Source of the DNA: Thermoanaerobaculia bacterium
GTDB taxonomy: Bacteria; Acidobacteriota; Thermoanaerobaculia; Multivoradales; Multivoraceae
Direction of reading: 5' to 3'
NCBI GenBank assembly: GCA_963664405.1
Contig: OY761158.1
Coordinates: forward strand, 1,568,001 to 1,632,000
DNA: 64,000 bases
Shown here: positions 1 through 10,472 of the stretch, one piece after another
Position numbering within the stretch: position 1 is the stretch's first letter
Layout of the letters: every line of letters starts with the position of its first letter
The notes under the pieces: model-generated
The model's database searches: none
Seen by the model: only the letters and a program-made list of their open reading frames with translations
Told to the model about the DNA's origin: nothing
Translations under genes and position numbers: made by a program

Positions 1-2116
1 TGTTGGTGGCCATGACGCCGTAGAGCCCGCTCATCGCCAGCCCAAGAGCCAGGAGCGCGAAGATCGCGAAGAGGTAGCCAACGACTCGATGCTGCCACAC
101 GCTCTCGAGCAGCCGACTCTCCATCGACTGCACATCGTAGGCCGCCTGATCGGGATCGACGGCCCGAATCGCCGCCACCACCGAATCGGCGAGGGTCATC
201 GGATCGACCGAGGTCTTCATTACGACGAAAAAATTGTCGGGAGGGCGCGGCTGAGGCGAAGGAAGGTAGATGTCGTGCCGTGTGTCCGCCTCGTCGGCGC
301 GGTGCTTCACCTCACCCACCACTCCGACCACGGTGCGCCAGTCTGCCGACTCCGACCCCAATCGAACCCTCTGCCCCACTGGTGCAGTGTCCGGCCAGAG
401 GGTCTCTGCCAGCCCGCGGCTGATCATCACCACCAGAGGCGCCTCGGGACCGTCCCTGGAATCGAAGTCGCGCCCCGAGAAAAGGGGGATGTCCAAGCTC
501 CCCCGGTAGCCCCTGCTCACTCGCGTCAGCGCCGCCGAGGGATTGCGTTTCCACTCGTCCTCCGACTGACCGTCCGCGATCACCAGGTTGCGCTCGCGGC
601 TTTCGACCTGAGTCAGCGGCAGGCTCGAAGCCAGGGCGGCGCTCTCGACCCCGGGCAGCGCCGACAGTCGATCCAGGAACTGGCGATGGAACGAGCGCAC
701 CCGATCGTCGTCACGGTAGAGAAGCCAGGTCAGCGAGACGCGAAAGGTGAGCACGCGCTCGGTAGCGAAGCCCACCTCATTGTTCATGATGCGCATGAAG
801 CTGCGCATCACCAATCCCGCGCCGACCAGCAGGGTCACCGACAACGCGATCTCGGCCACCACCAACACCGAGCGCATCCGTCTCTGCGAGCGGCCGCCGG
901 CCAAAGCCCCGGCGTCGCCGCGCAGAGTCCCGATGCCGCTACTCGAAGAGGCCCGCAGCGCCGGCACGACACCTGCCAGGACACCGCAGAGAAGAGCGAG
1001 CAGAAAGGCAAACGCCATCACCGGTCCGTCGACCGAGACGGTCATCCACGGCGGCAGATCGAAGCGCACCAGCGCCACCAGCGCCTCGATCAGCCGCCCC
1101 GCCAGCCACAAACCCAGAACGCCGCCGGCAACGGCGAGGAGCAGGCATTCGATCAATACATGCTGGATCAATCTGCGGCGACCTGCTCCGAGAGCGGCGC
1201 GCAGCGCGATCTCGCGGGAGCGCCCTACGACTCGAGAGAGCAGCAGATTGGTGGCGTTGACACAAGCGATCAACAACACCAGCAACACCGCCCCAGAGAG
1301 CAGGACAGCGTAGACCCGCACCTCGGAGATGTAGGTCTCCCGCAGCGGTACCGCCTCCAGACCGACATCGCGGTGGGTGTCGGGATAGAGCTCCGCGAGA
1401 GTCGCCGCAACACTCCGGAGCTGCGCCCTCGCTTCGTCGAGGGAGACCCCCGAAGCGAGCCTGGCGATGCCGATCACCCGGCGGCGTCTCCGGTCCTGGG
1501 ACTCGGAAACCGAGTCCAGGATGAAAACGGAGCGGTAGATATCGGTACGCGAAGGGAAATCGAAACCTCGCGGAAGGACTCCAAAAACCGTATAGGGCGC
1601 GCCATCGAGAAATACACGGCTCCCGACCACTTCCGCGTCCGAATGAAAGCTGTTCCGCCAGATTCGATGACTCAAGACCAAGCCGAAGCTGCGTGTCCAG
1701 TCGTAGTCCTCGGGCCAGACCGTGCCAACCAGAGGGGTCACACCGAGCACCGAGAACAGGTCTCGAGTGGCCGTGATCGCTGCCAGCTGTTGAGGGCGAT
1801 CGTCAGTATTGAGATTGTAGGAAAAGCCGGGCACGTACCCGCCGACGCCATCGAAGACCTCGGTCATCTCGCGCAGCTCCTCGATCTCCAGCATCGAGAC
1901 TCTCCCGGGCTCGCCCTCTCGCCTCGCCTCGATGCGCACCAGCCGCTCCGGCTCCGGAAAGGGCAAGGGCTTCAAGAGGACCGTCCTGACGATGCTGTAA
2001 ACCGCCGTCCCCGAAGCGATGCCGAGAGCGAAAACGACAACGACCAGGGCGCTCAGCGCCGGCCGGCGCCGAAAGCTGCGCAGGGCCAGGCGAAGGTCGT
2101 CAACGAAGCCGCTCAT
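1..2116 (-). CDS. ABC-transporter permease, ADOP/MacB-FtsX-like (partial, runs off the left edge)
   Basis: Minus strand from ATG at 2116 reads MSGFVDDLRLALRSFRRRPALSALVVVVFALGIASGTAVYSIVRTVLLKPLPFPEPERLV, the typical ADOP N-terminus. It later contains CVNATNLLLSRVVGRSREIALRAALGAGRRRLIQHVLIE. Absent from the ORF track because no stop lies in the window. Confidence 0.9.
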   Translation of the reverse strand, partial: MSGFVDDLRLALRSFRRRPALSALVVVVFALGIASGTAVYSIVRTVLLKPLPFPEPERLVRIEARREGEPGRVSMLEIEELREMTEVFDGVGGYVPGFSYNLNTDDRPQQLAAITATRDLFSVLGVTPLVGTVWPEDYDWTRSFGLVLSHRIWRNSFHSDAEVVGSRVFLDGAPYTVFGVLPRGFDFPSRTDIYRSVFILDSVSESQDRRRRRVIGIARLASGVSLDEARAQLRSVAATLAELYPDTHRDVGLEAVPLRETYISEVRVYAVLLSGAVLLVLLIACVNATNLLLSRVVGRSREIALRAALGAGRRRLIQHVLIECLLLAVAGGVLGLWLAGRLIEALVALVRFDLPPWMTVSVDGPVMAFAFLLALLCGVLAGVVPALRASSSSGIGTLRGDAGALAGGRSQRRMRSVLVVAEIALSVTLLVGAGLVMRSFMRIMNNEVGFATERVLTFRVSLTWLLYRDDDRVRSFHRQFLDRLSALPGVESAALASSLPLTQVESRERNLVIADGQSEDEWKRNPSAALTRVSRGYRGSLDIPLFSGRDFDSRDGPEAPLVVMISRGLAETLWPDTAPVGQRVRLGSESADWRTVVGVVGEVKHRADEADTRHDIYLPSPQPRPPDNFFVVMKTSVDPMTLADSVVAAIRAVDPDQAAYDVQSMESRLLESVWQHRVVGYLFAIFALLALGLAMSGLYGVMATN

Positions 2117-2157
2117 GCTGCCGGCGATTCTAACCAGCTACGTTAAGCTGACACCCA

Positions 2158-4011
2158 ATGACGACCAAGAGATCCCTCCCCATCGCCGCCATCACCATGC
2201 TCGTGCTCTCGATCGTCGAACCGGCGCGCGGCTCAGAGCTGATTCGTGAAGCCATGCCCACGGAGCTGGTTCCTTCGCCAGCGGAGTACGCCGTTCTACT
2301 GCCAGATGGCTACGACGCGGAGGGCGAGCGCCTGCCGCTGCTCCTTTTGCTCCATGGCGCCGGCAGCGACCGCGAGCATCTCGACCGGGTTCGCCCCCAG
2401 ATCGAGGAGATGTGGCAGAGCGGCGAGCTTCCGCCGATGGTCGTGGCGACGCCTTCAGTCCCGCCCGGGACCGTCTACATGGACTTCCGCGACGGCTCGG
2501 CAAAGTGGGAGACCTTCGTCACCCAAGAGCTCTTGGCGCACCTGCAGTCTCGCTACCGCATCCGCAGCGATCGCGAAGGCACGATGGTGACCGGAGTCTC
2601 GATGGGTGGCTCGGGCAGCCTGCGCTTCGCCTTCCGCTATCCCGAGACCTTTGGCGCGGTCGCCGCGTTGGAGGCCGGCATCTGGCCGGCACTGCGGTGG
2701 CAAGACGTAGCGGAGGAACATCGCATCCGTCAGCCGGATCGGCTGGCGGCCCTGTTCGGTGATCCCTTCGACGAAGAGCTCTGGGAGAGCAGCAATCCGG
2801 CTTCGATCGCCGCGGCGGCGCCGTCACGCCTGCGCGACCTCGCGATCTACATCGAATGTGGCGAGGCCGACGCCTTCGGCTTTCACGAAGGCGCGGAGTT
2901 TCTCCACCAGACCCTCTGGCGTCACCGCATTCAACACCAGTACCGCCTGGTGCGCTGGGCCGATCATGTGGGCAGCAGTCGCTTCGAGCGCTCCGCCGAC
3001 CGCTTTCGCTTTCTCGCTCGCTATCTCGCGCAACCAACGCCGCCCGAACCGGATGTCGAGGCCTTTCGCGAGCGCATGGCCGAGCGCGACCGCGGGAAGG
3101 GATTTGCGCCCTTTCCATTCTGGCCGGATGAGCCGCGACGGGTCACCGAGACCGGGCAGACGAGCCCAGATCTGAGCAGCCTGCAGCAGCAGGCCGATCA
3201 GATCCGGCGCGAGCGAGGGGTGGTGCGGATCTCGGATGTTGGCTACGCGGAGATCGACGGCGTCGATCCCGAGCGGCTGAGCTTGGACGTCTACACCCGG
3301 GAGGGCCTCGCCGGCGCCCCGGTCATCCTCTACGCCCATGGCGGAGGATGGTCGCGAGGAAGCAAAGCGCAGGCTCTCTTCAAACCTGGAGTGCTGGTGC
3401 CTGCCGGCTATCTCTTCGTGTCGATGAACTACCGATTCCGGCCCGAGGCCGAGCTGAGGGAGATGGGCCTCGATATCGCAACCGCAGCGATGTGGCTGAA
3501 GCGCAACGCCAAAAAGTACGGCGGCGACCCGGAGCGAATCGTGCTGATGGGCCACTCAGCCGGCGCTCATCTAGTCTCGGCGGTCGGCACCGACGAGAGC
3601 TATCTCGAACAGGCGGGAGGATCGCTCTCGGATCTGCGCGGGGTCATCTCGCTCGACACCGCGATGTACAATGTTCCGCTGCAAATGGAGGGAGCCGGGG
3701 GCATCCAGACGGAAGCCTTCGGTACGGATCCGGCAGTGTGGCTCGAGGTCTCTCCATGGCATCACATCGAGGCCGGCAAGGGGATTCCACCCTACCTCCT
3801 CTTCATCTCCGACGGCCGCCGGGAGGCTTCGACGCAGCCGATCCCGTTCACCGAGAGGCTGAAGGCCGCCGGGGTTGATGCCGCATGGCACGAGATCGCC
3901 GGCAAGGGTCACTCGCCGCTCGATCTAATGATCGGGACCGAGGGCGACGAGACCACGCGGCTGATCTCAGAGTTCCTGGCGAGATACGCGCCCACCGCGA
4001 GCACGAGGTAG
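2158..4011 (+). CDS. Secreted two-domain alpha/beta hydrolase (esterase plus HSL-like carboxylesterase)
   Basis: Signal peptide; domain 1 has LLHGAG and nucleophile GVSMGG; domain 2 has HGGGW and GHSAG. Confidence 0.85.
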   Translation: MTTKRSLPIAAITMLVLSIVEPARGSELIREAMPTELVPSPAEYAVLLPDGYDAEGERLPLLLLLHGAGSDREHLDRVRPQIEEMWQSGELPPMVVATPSVPPGTVYMDFRDGSAKWETFVTQELLAHLQSRYRIRSDREGTMVTGVSMGGSGSLRFAFRYPETFGAVAALEAGIWPALRWQDVAEEHRIRQPDRLAALFGDPFDEELWESSNPASIAAAAPSRLRDLAIYIECGEADAFGFHEGAEFLHQTLWRHRIQHQYRLVRWADHVGSSRFERSADRFRFLARYLAQPTPPEPDVEAFRERMAERDRGKGFAPFPFWPDEPRRVTETGQTSPDLSSLQQQADQIRRERGVVRISDVGYAEIDGVDPERLSLDVYTREGLAGAPVILYAHGGGWSRGSKAQALFKPGVLVPAGYLFVSMNYRFRPEAELREMGLDIATAAMWLKRNAKKYGGDPERIVLMGHSAGAHLVSAVGTDESYLEQAGGSLSDLRGVISLDTAMYNVPLQMEGAGGIQTEAFGTDPAVWLEVSPWHHIEAGKGIPPYLLFISDGRREASTQPIPFTERLKAAGVDAAWHEIAGKGHSPLDLMIGTEGDETTRLISEFLARYAPTASTR

Positions 4012-4044
4012 CGACTCGAGGCAGGAGCCTCTCACTCCCCGCAC

Positions 4045-5955
<1,911 letters not shown>

Positions 5956-5971
5956 CCAGCATTTCTGGCGG

Positions 5972-8722
5972 CTACCCTGTGTTTTTTAGGCCAGCGGCAA
6001 GGCCGTTGATGGTCAAGAGCAGTGCTCGTCGCAGCGAGCGATCGGGCTCGCCGGCGAGGGAGCGCTGACGTTTGAGCAGCGCGATCTGCAGGTAGCTGAG
6101 CGGATCCAGGTAGGGCGCTCTCACCCGCAACGTCCGCTGCAGTGTCGGCTGCCGCTCGAGCAGCTCGGTCTGACCTGTCACCCACAAGACGTTGCGCACG
6201 GAGCTCTCGTGCTCGGCCTCGATGTCGGCGAAGATCGAATGCAGCTCGGGGCGCACCAACTCTTCTACGTAGCGCCGCGTGATCTCGAGGTCGGTCTTGA
6301 CCAGGGGCATCTCGACGCTCGAAAGGAGGGTCTGGAAGAAGCTCCACTCCTGGTGCATCTCCTTGAGTACCTCACCGAGCCCTTCCTCTCGGCCTCGCTC
6401 CAGCGCGGCACCGACGCCGTACCAGCCAGGCACGATCTGCCGCGACTGCGTCCAGCCGAAGACCCACGGGATCGCCCGCAGGCTGTCGATACCGGTGATC
6501 TCGCCGCCGCGTCGGGCCGGCCGCGAGCCGATGTTCATCTGGGCGAGCTCCTCCACCGGCGTCGAGGTCAGGAAGTACTCGACGAATCCTTCGCGCTCGA
6601 CCAAGGAGCGATAGTGCTGGTAGGCGATGGCGGACAGCCGGTCCATCGCTTCCCACCAGCGCTTGCGCACGGCTGCATCATGACGCGGCTCGGTGTGGAG
6701 CAGCGAAGCCTCGGTCACTGCCGCCAGCATGAGCTCCAGATGAGCTTCGGCAATGCCGGCGTTGCCGTAGTGATCGGAGATGACCTCGCCCTGCTCGGTG
6801 AGCTTGATGCGGCCGTCCACGGTGAGTGAGGGCTGAGCCAGGATGGCGTCGCGCGCCGGGCCACCGCCGCGGCCCGCGCTGCCACCGCGGCCGTGAAAGA
6901 GCATCAACGAGATGCCGTGGCGAGTGGCACAGTCACGAAGTGCGACCTGGGCACGATAGAGCTCCCATTGCGAGGTGGCGATGCCGCCGTCTTTCGACGA
7001 ATCCGAATACCCGACCATGACTTCAGCCGTATCGCCCTGGAGCTCGACGATCCTACGGACCGTGGGATCGGCCCAGTAGCGATCCATCACCTCGGCGGCA
7101 CAGCGTAGGTCCGCGACAGTCTCGAAGAGCGGAACCACCCGCAGCCGGGCGACCCCGGCGTGAGGATCCACCAGTCCAGCTTCCTTTGCCAACACGAGAA
7201 CGGCCATCAGATCCGAGCGATCGCGAGTCATCGAGATGATCCAAGTATCGAGCGCCTCCTCGCCGTAGCGATCCTGCGTCTCGCGCACCAGACGCGCGAG
7301 ATCGAGAACCTCTCGTGTGTGCGAGCTTGGCTCGGTAGAGGGGAGGCTCAAGGGGCGGCGGCCGGCGAGCTCGGTGGCGAGGATCTCGGCCCGCTCTCGC
7401 GGCGACCGTGCACCGAAGCCGGCACCCTCGGAATCGACGCGGTCGATGAGCTCGGCGACCGCCGCGTTGGTGACACTCGAGTCCTGGCGGATATCCATCG
7501 CCGCCAGTGTGAGCCCGAAGGTCTCGACGTCACGGATGAGGCGCTCGAGGCGGCCGCGGGCTACGTTGCGCCCGCGATGCGCCATCAGCGAGCGGTGCAT
7601 GACCAGGAGGTCCCGACGCAGCTCGCCTGCGCTCGAGTAGGTCGGGCCCGGCGGCGGCGCCCAGCTACGAGCTACCGCCAGGCCGTTCACCAGGCTCTCG
7701 TAAATGTAAGCGCAGTGCAGTCGGTAGGGCTCGTCGCGGTTGATCCGTCCGTAGCTCTCCCAGGCACCGGGCAGAGCCTCTTTGTGCCGCGCGAGTGATT
7801 GTCGTAGCTCCGCCGAAACCTCGACGATCAGGGAGGACTGGCTGAGCTCCGTGGCAAGGGCACGGACCTCGTCACGCAGCTTGCGCAGCGCGCGCTCTGC
7901 CTGGAGCCCGAGCACTTCGCGGGTTACGGCTGCGGTCACGTAGGGATTGCCGTCGCGATCGCCTCCCACCCAGGTTCTCAATCGCAGCGGGCTGCGAGGC
8001 TCCGACGGGCTCGCCCCGTGCTCCGCGAAGGCGTCGTCGAGCCGGTCTGCAGCGGCAGCGGCGATGCCGCCGAAGAGGCGCTCGAGGTAGTAGATGACGT
8101 TGCGAGCCTCGTCGAGCGGTCCTGGGCGCTCCTGACGCAGCTCGTCGGTCTGCAACATCGCCTCGATGAGCTCGACCATCCTCTCGCGGCCAAGCCGGCG
8201 TGAGCGCCCGCCGTCTTTAGCGTCTCTTCCGAGCTGGGTGTCCATCGCCTGCAACTTATCGAGGATCGAGCGCCGCGCCGCCTCGGTAGGATGAGCGGTG
8301 AAGACGGGACTGACGCGCAGTCGCGCGGCAAAGGCTGCGAGCTCTCGAGACGACACGCCGGCCTCGACCGCCCGCTCGAGCACATTCTCGATCCGGTTCT
8401 CCGCAGCCAGGAAGGAGTCGCCGACGCGGTGGTGCTGCTCGGCGGTGTTGGCGATGTGGAAGTAGCTGGTGAAGGCACGGACGAGACGCAGCACCTCCTG
8501 CATCGAGGCCCCATCGAGCTTCGCGAAGAGCTCCTTTCGCTCGGCCTCGACGGGCCTCGCCCGAAGAGTCCGGGTGGCGAGACGCACGCTCTCTTCCAGC
8601 TCGAAGAAGTCCTCGCCCCACTGGTCACGGATGACCGCGCCGAGGATCTCGCCGAGCTCGCGAATATCGGTCCGAAGCGCGGCATCGTCCTTAGCTGCAG
8701 CGTTCGGGTCGCGTCTTGCCAC
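5972..8722 (-). CDS. ppc: Phosphoenolpyruvate carboxylase
   Basis: VFTAHPTE, WVGGDRDGNP, MVGYSDSSKDGG, FHGRGGSAGRGG, LRAIPWVF and C-terminal GLKNTG. Start placed at GTG 8722 to avoid overlap with the upstream gene. Confidence 0.95.
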   Translation of the reverse strand: MARRDPNAAAKDDAALRTDIRELGEILGAVIRDQWGEDFFELEESVRLATRTLRARPVEAERKELFAKLDGASMQEVLRLVRAFTSYFHIANTAEQHHRVGDSFLAAENRIENVLERAVEAGVSSRELAAFAARLRVSPVFTAHPTEAARRSILDKLQAMDTQLGRDAKDGGRSRRLGRERMVELIEAMLQTDELRQERPGPLDEARNVIYYLERLFGGIAAAAADRLDDAFAEHGASPSEPRSPLRLRTWVGGDRDGNPYVTAAVTREVLGLQAERALRKLRDEVRALATELSQSSLIVEVSAELRQSLARHKEALPGAWESYGRINRDEPYRLHCAYIYESLVNGLAVARSWAPPPGPTYSSAGELRRDLLVMHRSLMAHRGRNVARGRLERLIRDVETFGLTLAAMDIRQDSSVTNAAVAELIDRVDSEGAGFGARSPRERAEILATELAGRRPLSLPSTEPSSHTREVLDLARLVRETQDRYGEEALDTWIISMTRDRSDLMAVLVLAKEAGLVDPHAGVARLRVVPLFETVADLRCAAEVMDRYWADPTVRRIVELQGDTAEVMVGYSDSSKDGGIATSQWELYRAQVALRDCATRHGISLMLFHGRGGSAGRGGGPARDAILAQPSLTVDGRIKLTEQGEVISDHYGNAGIAEAHLELMLAAVTEASLLHTEPRHDAAVRKRWWEAMDRLSAIAYQHYRSLVEREGFVEYFLTSTPVEELAQMNIGSRPARRGGEITGIDSLRAIPWVFGWTQSRQIVPGWYGVGAALERGREEGLGEVLKEMHQEWSFFQTLLSSVEMPLVKTDLEITRRYVEELVRPELHSIFADIEAEHESSVRNVLWVTGQTELLERQPTLQRTLRVRAPYLDPLSYLQIALLKRQRSLAGEPDRSLRRALLLTINGLAAGLKNTG

Positions 8723-8753
8723 CGGGTACCTCAGAAGCTCTTCCCGTTCCCCA

Positions 8754-9110
8754 TCAGCTCTTCTGATAGTGGGGCTGGTACAGCTCCACCTCGAAGTCAC
8801 CCGGCATCTTGAAGTGGGTCACGAGACCGAAACCCGCATCGACGATCCCGTCGCTGAACTCGACTCCCTTTTCTCGCATCTCGGCCACGGTCTCTTCGAT
8901 GTCGTCGCAGTAGAAAGAGATGTAGGGAGTTCCCGAAGTTTCTCCGTCGGTCGTCTCGGCGGGGTGGCAACCCATATCGGCCTCAGGAAGGTTGAAGATC
9001 AGCCATCCATCGCCGACATCGGTAAAGGGGAAGCCGAGCTTGTCGCGGATGAAGGCGCGCAGGGCCTCGGGCTCCGAGGTGTAGAACATGGTGTGAACGC
9101 CTTTGATCAT
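8754..9110 (-). CDS. VOC/glyoxalase-family protein
   Basis: 118 aa; IKGVH..FY, FIRDKLG, ISFYCDDIEETVAEM...GVEF, VELYQP pattern. Confidence 0.85.
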   Translation of the reverse strand: MIKGVHTMFYTSEPEALRAFIRDKLGFPFTDVGDGWLIFNLPEADMGCHPAETTDGETSGTPYISFYCDDIEETVAEMREKGVEFSDGIVDAGFGLVTHFKMPGDFEVELYQPHYQKS

Positions 9111-9176
9111 TGCATCCTCCTATGCGGGAATTATAGGTCCGGGCGCGTCGATCGGCCGCAGGGGATGTAGGATTGG

Positions 9177-10061
9177 ATGAAGCAGGGAGAAACGAACACG
9201 CCACAGCCACTGGATCCGGTTCCCGTCGAAGACTTCTCCGAGCTCAATCGAGAGATGGTCACGGCACTCCGCGATGACGACGAAGCGATCCGCCGCGTGG
9301 GTCTGAGAGAGACGGCTGAAGCACTCGACGACGAGCTCGCCGCTGAGCTGCTCCGCCTCCTCCACAGCGAAGGCGGCGAGGTGTTCCGGGGGGACGTGGC
9401 CATCGCACTGGGCCCGAGCCTGGAGCTCTGCGATGTCGAGCTCGACCCCGAAGGGCGCATCCCGGACACCCACGACGACCCGATGATGATGGCTCCACTG
9501 ACTCACGGAATGTACCAGCGGGTGACGGAGGATCTCCACTCTGTCTATGCCGATGCGAACTATCCCAAGCTGGTGCGCCGCAGAGCGCTAGAGGGTGCCG
9601 TCCGGTCACCCCGGCCGTGGCAAGAAGCGGCGACCCGCGCCGCCTGGGCCTCGGACGATCCCGAGTGGCGAGCCACCGCCGTTTTCTGCATGGGGCTCCT
9701 CCACCACTGCGACTTTGCGGAGGAGATTGCGGCCGCCCTCCACTGCGACGAAGATCCCAGCCGCTACGAAGCGGTCGTTGCCGCGGGTCATCGGGCGATC
9801 GAGGCTCTGGGCGCCGAGATCCGAGCGATCGCGCTCGACGAAGAAGCCCTCCCGGAGCTGCGCTACGTGGCGGTCGAGGCAATGCCGACGCTCGCTGTCA
9901 AAGATGCCGGAGACATCCTTCTCGAGTTGTCCAACTCGGACAACGAGCGAATGGCCGAAGCCGCGGAGAACGCGCTGGAGGAGCTCACACTGATTGGCCT
10001 CGCCGAGGCCTTCGACGAAGGGCTCGACGAATTTGACGATGACATCTTGAAACCCAACTGA
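9177..10061 (+). CDS. HEAT-repeat-like hypothetical protein
   Basis: Acidic all-helical protein with repeated R..A...L segments (VRRRALEGAV, WRATAVFCMG, RYEAVVAAG, LRYVAVEAM). Confidence 0.6.
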   Translation: MKQGETNTPQPLDPVPVEDFSELNREMVTALRDDDEAIRRVGLRETAEALDDELAAELLRLLHSEGGEVFRGDVAIALGPSLELCDVELDPEGRIPDTHDDPMMMAPLTHGMYQRVTEDLHSVYADANYPKLVRRRALEGAVRSPRPWQEAATRAAWASDDPEWRATAVFCMGLLHHCDFAEEIAAALHCDEDPSRYEAVVAAGHRAIEALGAEIRAIALDEEALPELRYVAVEAMPTLAVKDAGDILLELSNSDNERMAEAAENALEELTLIGLAEAFDEGLDEFDDDILKPN

Positions 10062-10077
10062 GTGAGGAGGAAGCTCG

Positions 10078-10386
10078 ATGCTTTATATGGTGGAAGCCGA
10101 GGGATCAATGGAGAGAGCCAACGCAATCGACGCGGAAGGAGGCCCCGGTGATTTCTTCAAAAAACTCGGCGAACGCTTCCAGCCGCAGTCGCTCTGGGCC
10201 GATCCGACCGGGCGACGGACATTCATGGTGGTCGAGCTCGAATCTGAAGCGAAGATCGCCGAGCTCATGTACGCCCTCACCTGGTTCTGCGGAACCGAGC
10301 CTATCTTCACACCGCTGATGGACCCGTCGATCTACGATGAGGCGATCGAGCAGGCCAAGAGAATCATTTCTCCTCCGCAAGGCTAA
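10078..10386 (+). CDS. Small hypothetical protein (DUF3303/GYD-like dimeric alpha-beta barrel)
   Basis: 102 aa, SD GAGGAGG upstream; GRRTFMVVELES...EPIFTPLM pattern. Confidence 0.5.
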   Translation: MLYMVEAEGSMERANAIDAEGGPGDFFKKLGERFQPQSLWADPTGRRTFMVVELESEAKIAELMYALTWFCGTEPIFTPLMDPSIYDEAIEQAKRIISPPQG

Positions 10387-10472
10387 ACGGCCACGGCGGC
10401 GACCCCAGGCCGGGATAGAATCTCCCTCATTCGACCCGACTCCCTATTCGATTGTCCCAAGGAGGCAAAGGT

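Noticed and set aside
89-2146. 685-aa plus-strand ORF
   Set aside because: Antisense shadow of the minus-strand ADOP permease; His/Arg-rich with no motifs.
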